A stretch of DNA of 64,000 nt, taken from IMG/VR virus record IMGVR_UViG_3300020398_000005, positions 1-64,000 of that record. One strand, written 5' to 3'. Source of the DNA: an uncultured virus (IMG/VR IMGVR_UViG_3300020398_000005). Taxonomy: Duplodnaviria > Heunggongvirae > Uroviricota > Caudoviricetes. Position numbers and translations under genes: made by a program. The notes below the pieces were generated by a model, which saw nothing but the letters and a program-made list of their open reading frames with translations, searched no databases and was not told the origin of the DNA. Every line of letters starts with the position of its first letter. Position 1 is the stretch's first letter. Below are positions 59,001 through 64,000 of the stretch, in pieces.

Positions 59001-59819
59001 TGTGCCCACGTTGTTCTCAGAAGACATGCCATACACAGTGAACTTGAGCGCGCCTACGTTATCAACTAGCGTTTGCCACTTTGCATTTTCTGCAGGGTCT
59101 CCCGGCGGTGCACCCTCAAGCGGATCAGTGTCGTAATAGCTAGGCGCATCGTATGAATTGGGTTCAGTATAAGTAGGCGTAACAATAATACTTGACCCGG
59201 CGTTAAAGAAATACCTAGCCAGATTATACTCATCCCAGACGGCCTCGAACTCAAATTCCAAACTTTCAGACCATAACTTTGTACGAGTACTAGACGCGCC
59301 GAACCCATCAACTGTGGTTAGCAAGTTGCCGGGTTCTACAGTAAAGCGCTTCGCAGCAATATTCTCCAAGAGCGCAGTAAGCGGTGATGCGGTGCGCTGA
59401 TCGTGGGCGTAAATCAGATCGCCTTGTTGTATATCAGCAGGGAACGAATCCGTGATTGTTTGCCTTTCAGTTTCACTCAAGTTAATGTGATTAACTAACT
59501 TACGAATTATACCTGCAAGTGTACCCCACTCTTGCTGAAACTTGTACTTGTAGTCAGCAGTAGACCCTGTCGTTGTGCCTGACACGAGGTCTGAAATATC
59601 ACTTACTTCGCCCGAGCCGTCACTCGCATTTTCAGGAGCAATGACATCTGAACGACCGTAACCAAAGCCACCGTCGTTTATGCCTGTTTCGCCCAGGTGA
59701 CGATCGTTGTAAAGTTCGTTAACAATAAACGCAAAGCCGTTATAGTCTTCAGCATCTATCGATCCGCCTTCTACATAAGACGCCATTAATTCTAAAATGT
59801 TATTTTTTGTTGCTGCCAT
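56034..59819 (-). CDS. Large virion protein with RYFFNxG domain, PKD/Ig repeats, split Calx-beta and C-terminal lectin-like domain
   Basis: 1261 aa; ARYFFNAG, GGSxxFxYxW repeats, ITVNYATVD...DF..VTF..G..K.I.V.V..D...E..EQF. Confidence 0.65.
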   Translation of the reverse strand: MAATKNNILELMASYVEGGSIDAEDYNGFAFIVNELYNDRHLGETGINDGGFGYGRSDVIAPENASDGSGEVSDISDLVSGTTTGSTADYKYKFQQEWGTLAGIIRKLVNHINLSETERQTITDSFPADIQQGDLIYAHDQRTASPLTALLENIAAKRFTVEPGNLLTTVDGFGASSTRTKLWSESLEFEFEAVWDEYNLARYFFNAGSSIIVTPTYTEPNSYDAPSYYDTDPLEGAPPGDPAENAKWQTLVDNVGALKFTVYGMSSENNVGTGNILGFYDLTNEYQTVYEYSLPSGYYDAGTSNRIEVQAKFGPGDPGIQLNALQTAVQANFVSFRVLCHSDPETQPIGGEFRINVDHSYSVANIDMTDSKPEYTVVTHLDEQDGYEVSEAVVTLEGATMDHRSSLNLSNLVTVTGGSEAFNYAWRILSTSEPGMDLTITDPDQLSAVLNAGTNPVFYQNESLVLQVRVIDLYSWEEYLAESTINVIDTRGRLSLRMNSMSVDENQQDAGLGLVPVITGGSGNFSYQWSQVSGNSFYSISAPHLLNALLTTFDVPDDTEVTINLAVTDNDTGEVVDGNATLTIRNLVNYPKFRITSATVSEPEDSAYIDVDLQIIASEPVEGRNITVNYATVDETARSNSTESRPLEAFSDTSGRTGLMYCDFSDIKVVFDPSVQKYRNNTWDNRPSNNTVEYKMFRNIMDFLTYGTGKSNVLILGDNESSLSVKDSTSGTSYGKAMRNLLNEAGYTVNTKYISEVDSTTLTDYGAIIFVSSLSQDYPGNISSLLGDAIESAVRRDKVGLYIVTSNGNDTGSSGYVANANNLARRFYANFKGSVHRSLVATNFDNYRATYGGNPIIDGLEQLTGSHAGLSNTAEIENYNTVLEPDFNVTNASVTFNEGDSVKNISVRVLRDNVTETEEQFRVAITNLEERMLASNHEGIVTISAAVLPIQQALMFETLSEAQAYMRDYNAPTPAEVFNNWDRFSNGHFYPGGTAAANGADSYYYDASLEQIIGTENHPNLTGFVSPDKTSSLTFEATLSSDHNDDDEIDMIAAFKREGSVNHAILAFNTQNGAGYRGMSLATGWAFVYTRSNAANPDDLVEAPLTIRATYTATHNGINEWRPSARRCRIERDGPIIRMWVTTRGNPNGDPKDNPNSLIEVNTEEYPELAWVGNEPHSYGYANRSQPKSTWSNIYLEGAFDQGTVYVVQTDQVYVYNFDTEVWELRVDRTIPGDLGVLKQIDNPINSDQFVINIDGSVDKK

Positions 59820-62800
59820 TATGACCTTTCACTTATTGTTCTTGTAGACACTGCTCGTATTTCATAATACTCGGTACCGCTTACCACCACAGCCAGAGTG
59901 TCTGCAACTGAATCCCATTCGATAAATATACCTGCGCTCGGCGCAGTGTGCGGGTTACCCTTAGACGACATGGTATAGCCGTTGGGTGCTACCATGTAAT
60001 ATTTATTACCAGTGGCGTTCGCATTAGTGAGCACATTAGTAAACAAGTCACGATAATTACTTGGCAAATAAAAGTAACCAAAAGTTAAAAACTCTGCATT
60101 TTCTAGTGTTGTGCCTCCGTGTGAGTTTGTTCCTCTACACTGTGCCCATACACATATTTCTATGTCATTTGTTGCGCTTGCTACTGATGCAGGCAAGTCG
60201 TACTCAACATTTACCTTATTCCATGTATCGACTGATGTCGATTGCAATAGTAAGGCAGAGTAGTCAACCGGCGCGTAAGACCTTTCCATAACACTAACAA
60301 TATTAGGCAGCGGTGTGCCGGTATTATCCAATAGCTCACATAACCTAACAGTGCCATCAAACGTAAGTACCAAACGATACGTTGGCGAGCACTCAATAAC
60401 CGCGACATAATTGTCAGTGCTGCGCACGTCATAAGCAGTCATACCGCTTGAGCTGAATATATTGTCGTCTAAAACAAAGTGATACTGTGTGGATAAAATA
60501 TCAGTATTGCCGAGCGCACTCGTGTCAACTGTTATTACATACTCTTTACCCGAGTCCCAATTAAATGAGCTTACATTAGGCGCGACAACTTCTGTCCAAA
60601 TCTGGTTGGGTGCAGTGCCTGCAGGTGCTGTATTACCTGCGTTATCGTAATAAACAGGCCTTTCGTTCAGTTCTAGTATCTGTGACCCGGTGCTAATATC
60701 AGGAATAGTTTTAAATTTAGACCTATTTGTCTTCCAGTCAGTGTCAGTATCTCTATTAGACGATCCCCTAAATATAGCCGATATGCCAACCGACTGGCTG
60801 CGTGACGAGCCACCTATCACTATTTCGCTTGCATGCGTTGCTGACGAATTAAACGGCTGTAATACTTCATAAGCAGGGACTATTCTGTTCGAAACTAAAC
60901 TTACCAAATCAGTATTCGATGCGCCTCTATCAGTTACACTTAATAAGGCATATTCGTGGATGCCGCCTCTAAATGTATTGTGATTCACTGCGAAACCATC
61001 TTGCTCTTGATAAGGTTGTGTACGTTCAGTTTTTGGCTCAACCCAAATAGTAGCAGGATAGTCGCCATTGTCGATTGTGCTCAAGCCAGATCCACTGTAA
61101 TAGTTTACCCAACTAAAGTTAGCGTTTTCAATCGTTACCGTAGCACTGAAGTTAGCTGAACGACTCGCAGTAGTATCGGTAACCGTTACATCAACAGTAA
61201 TTGTCTGCGATACACCAAGATCAGGAATAGTTAACGTTGGGTTAGCTGCGGCTGGATCATCAATTGTAATGCCTTGATTACTAGGATTAAATGACCAAGC
61301 GTAGGTGTAATCACCGGATCCACCAGCTAAATTATCAATTGACATCACGGTAGTGTCATCATCATTGACAGATTTGTCGTTTAGTGTACCAGTAATCTGT
61401 GGCCAATTGTATTTGACATCGAAAATAATCTCATTACTAGACTGCACTGTGCCTTCGTCGTCAGTTACCACTAATGTTAGTGTTTTAGACTGCGGTGTAC
61501 TGTCACCGTCTATAGCACCGGTAAACGTCAAATCAGTCCCGTTAACATTTACGTCAGCCGGGGTAGTCCATGCGTACGAGTAAGGCGAGTAACCACCGCT
61601 GATTGATATTAGCGAACTCAAATTATACGTTGCATCATGTAACATAGTAAACGAAGGCGATGCGTTATTACCATTACCTAGCGTAACAGATAACGGTGTT
61701 GTTTGATCACTAACTGTAATCTCGGATACAACTTGCTCTACTTCGCCGGTATTATCGTCTGTCACGGTTACGCGTACCGGTAGCACAAACGTATAGTCAA
61801 CATAGTCGACATCAATTACCGGTGTGCTACCGGAGTCGGACACGTTATACACGTCAATAAAACGAGCAGTGTTGCCTGCTGAATCAAGTACCGGTGCATT
61901 TTTATCGTATGCCCAGCTTACACTGTAAGAACCAGAACCGCCGGTCACCCCTAAATAATCACCAAGAGTTATTGCTGATTTTTCAGTCATGTTGTTAGCG
62001 GTAAACACCACTTCAAGAGGCGGCACATTGTTGTTTATTGTTATTGTGCTTGTCGCGGTTGCCACTTCGCCGGGCTCAGCCAAGTCAGTCACTGTGATTT
62101 GGTAATCAACTGTCTGAGGCTCGGTGCCGCCAATATAGTTACTTGTGTAAACTGACCCTACAAGATTGCCGTATCCCGGCGTTAGAATTTCATAAACCAC
62201 GTCTAACGGTCCGTGCCCGCCCGAATATGATACAACTGTACTCAAGTCAACGCTCTGTGTCTCGTCAACTGAAATAGTACCCGCACTCGCAGTAACGGGC
62301 GGCGTTAAATCATACACGTTCACGGTGGCTGTATCGGTAACAGTTGTGCCGTCACCTGTATCGGTTACTTCGACAATAAGAGTAAACGCCTTGTCGCCTA
62401 TGGCTTCTGTTACTTGGATTTGCGGTGCTTCTATATCACTAGCAGTTATGAACGAGTACAAGGAGTTATTGTCAGGGAATACGGACCACTCATAAGTGAA
62501 AGGACCTATACCGCCAGTAAGGTTCAGTTTGCCTGCCATGTCAAGCACCGTATTTTCATCCACATCGTACGAGTCTTGATTTAAACTCGCACTGAATGGC
62601 GCAGTTGTATCTTTAACAAGAACTACTCCGTAGCCCGTTACTTGTTCATTTAAGATGGTATCAGTAACAGTAAGGGTCATTTGAACTGCGCGATCACTGT
62701 TCACGTTGGATGCGGTGAGTTGCGCGTTAAGGCTGGCACTGTCGTCTATTGTCAGGAAACTAGCAGAGTATGACCAACTGTACGCATAAGAACCGGAGCC

Positions 62801-64000
62801 ACCAGTTAAGGTAACAAGACTCCCCAAGTTGTAACTTGTACCTTCATCTATTGTCACATCGTCGACTGATAAATCCATTTCCGGCGTAGTATCAGTGACC
62901 GACAACGTAACAGTGAAATCGTAATTTTGGCGCGTTACTGTATCATAGACGTTGAGATTAAAATCAACATCGTATGCGAAATAATAACTACCGTTGTATG
63001 TCGGGGTAAACAAGGCGCGTAATTTGTCGGCGTCAGTTAACGTATAGCCTGCAGGAAGTACACTAGGCGGTGACGGAATTGACCAAATGAACTCAAAGTC
63101 GCCAGAGCCGCCTAGTACAGAAACTACCGTTGACATATCAACGTCAACATCATCCTCAGTTATTGATAGTACTTGCTGCGACACCTGCACCGGCTGATAT
63201 ACCACTGCGTCTACCGAATCTAGACCGGTAACAATAATAGACGAAGGTAGTAATGGTCTAAATTCATCATTAGCATACACCAAGTCAATATTCACGTACA
63301 ACTCAGTACCAACCGGATTGCCCGAAATGTCTAAGTACCTCACACGGATGTATATATCCTTGTCAACTCTACGTAGTTGCACATTTACTGAGTTCCCGTC
63401 AGCGTCTTCCAAACGATATATTGTGCTGAACGTACTACTTAGCGAGTAAAACCCGATGTTATCGACAGGCTGTTCACTATTAGACAATGTTGTGTTATTA
63501 AAGTCAACTACTATTTCAGGGAAGTCAGGCAATAATGATTCCCAGGCCGCGTTGCTTGTTGGGTTACCTGTACTACCGGGCGCAAAGTCTGCGTTAATCT
63601 TTATCTTGCCACCAGTGTTAAAGAAGTAACGCATATCCTTATAACTATTGAACACTAATCGTGACTCATGTTGGACTGCACTTTCCCAGAGCTCTGTTCT
63701 CGAAGATGCGCCGTATACGCCTCCAGAGCTGCTAGAAACTCTATTAACGGCAACGTTAAACCTATTGTCGCTAATTTGATCTAGAGCATCTGTGATCTTC
63801 TTCGGGTCACTTACGAATGCACTAATAATGTCGTTTACTGCCGGATTATTGTCATCAGTTAACACATCATCAACTGAAATATCATCTTCCAACACTGTGC
63901 CTTGATGTGCCGCAATACGATTAATATTGTTAATTAATTCAACCCATTCACTAGCGGTTATGAGTTGCTCATCAAACTTAGTCGCAAAAGTCTCGACTTT
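59819..64000 (-). CDS. Very large virion protein with RYFFNxG domain and about 7 Ig/PKD-like repeats (5' end outside the window)
   Basis: Frame stays open from 63895 to the edge (KVETFATKFDEQLITASEW...); repeated GG-x-G-x-Y/F-x-Y-x-W and L-x-VTD. Confidence 0.7.
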   Translation of the reverse strand, partial: KVETFATKFDEQLITASEWVELINNINRIAAHQGTVLEDDISVDDVLTDDNNPAVNDIISAFVSDPKKITDALDQISDNRFNVAVNRVSSSSGGVYGASSRTELWESAVQHESRLVFNSYKDMRYFFNTGGKIKINADFAPGSTGNPTSNAAWESLLPDFPEIVVDFNNTTLSNSEQPVDNIGFYSLSSTFSTIYRLEDADGNSVNVQLRRVDKDIYIRVRYLDISGNPVGTELYVNIDLVYANDEFRPLLPSSIIVTGLDSVDAVVYQPVQVSQQVLSITEDDVDVDMSTVVSVLGGSGDFEFIWSIPSPPSVLPAGYTLTDADKLRALFTPTYNGSYYFAYDVDFNLNVYDTVTRQNYDFTVTLSVTDTTPEMDLSVDDVTIDEGTSYNLGSLVTLTGGSGSYAYSWSYSASFLTIDDSASLNAQLTASNVNSDRAVQMTLTVTDTILNEQVTGYGVVLVKDTTAPFSASLNQDSYDVDENTVLDMAGKLNLTGGIGPFTYEWSVFPDNNSLYSFITASDIEAPQIQVTEAIGDKAFTLIVEVTDTGDGTTVTDTATVNVYDLTPPVTASAGTISVDETQSVDLSTVVSYSGGHGPLDVVYEILTPGYGNLVGSVYTSNYIGGTEPQTVDYQITVTDLAEPGEVATATSTITINNNVPPLEVVFTANNMTEKSAITLGDYLGVTGGSGSYSVSWAYDKNAPVLDSAGNTARFIDVYNVSDSGSTPVIDVDYVDYTFVLPVRVTVTDDNTGEVEQVVSEITVSDQTTPLSVTLGNGNNASPSFTMLHDATYNLSSLISISGGYSPYSYAWTTPADVNVNGTDLTFTGAIDGDSTPQSKTLTLVVTDDEGTVQSSNEIIFDVKYNWPQITGTLNDKSVNDDDTTVMSIDNLAGGSGDYTYAWSFNPSNQGITIDDPAAANPTLTIPDLGVSQTITVDVTVTDTTASRSANFSATVTIENANFSWVNYYSGSGLSTIDNGDYPATIWVEPKTERTQPYQEQDGFAVNHNTFRGGIHEYALLSVTDRGASNTDLVSLVSNRIVPAYEVLQPFNSSATHASEIVIGGSSRSQSVGISAIFRGSSNRDTDTDWKTNRSKFKTIPDISTGSQILELNERPVYYDNAGNTAPAGTAPNQIWTEVVAPNVSSFNWDSGKEYVITVDTSALGNTDILSTQYHFVLDDNIFSSSGMTAYDVRSTDNYVAVIECSPTYRLVLTFDGTVRLCELLDNTGTPLPNIVSVMERSYAPVDYSALLLQSTSVDTWNKVNVEYDLPASVASATNDIEICVWAQCRGTNSHGGTTLENAEFLTFGYFYLPSNYRDLFTNVLTNANATGNKYYMVAPNGYTMSSKGNPHTAPSAGIFIEWDSVADTLAVVVSGTEYYEIRAVSTRTISERS

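Noticed and set aside
150..61583. Numerous short ORFs antisense or nested in long genes (e.g. 3058-3639, 8879-9541, 48103-48669)
   Set aside because: They are shadow frames of well-supported genes, without motifs or convincing SD sites.
1..64000. Stop-codon reassignment, tRNA genes, introns or inteins
   Set aside because: Standard code gives dense full-length ORFs with TAA, TGA and some TAG stops. No cloverleaf or intein motifs were noticed by eye; a tRNAscan/Infernal run would be needed to exclude them.

Overview
A 64-kb slice of a large lytic tailed-phage (jumbo-type) genome. It is gene-dense and almost entirely minus-strand. No tRNA, rRNA, CRISPR array, integrase, transposase or reverse transcriptase was seen. 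The gene set (GroES-like co-chaperonin, ClpA/ClpP/ClpS, PhoH, MazG, RFC-like clamp loader, truncated DnaE, dCMP deaminase, MoxR+vWA) and TAAATA late-promoter motifs resemble GAP32/RaK2-type jumbo phages of Proteobacteria (recognised by eye, not searched). Layout: 1-13.2 kb virion/fibre genes, including at least 4 tandem genes sharing a ~47-aa N-terminal module. 13.2-26.2 kb is an array of 16 similar-sized, mutually divergent ORFs sharing only a C-terminal helix-like tag (consensus ~[LV][STD]xEE-hydrophobic-[RK]L[QNE][YH]G), with a 17th copy at 46.2-47.0 kb. 26-56 kb holds lysis, proteostasis, nucleotide and replication accessory genes. 56-64 kb holds two giant Ig/PKD-repeat virion proteins. 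The C-terminally tagged array is the best candidate for an undescribed system, followed by the N-terminal-module cassette family. All functional calls come from motifs read by eye.
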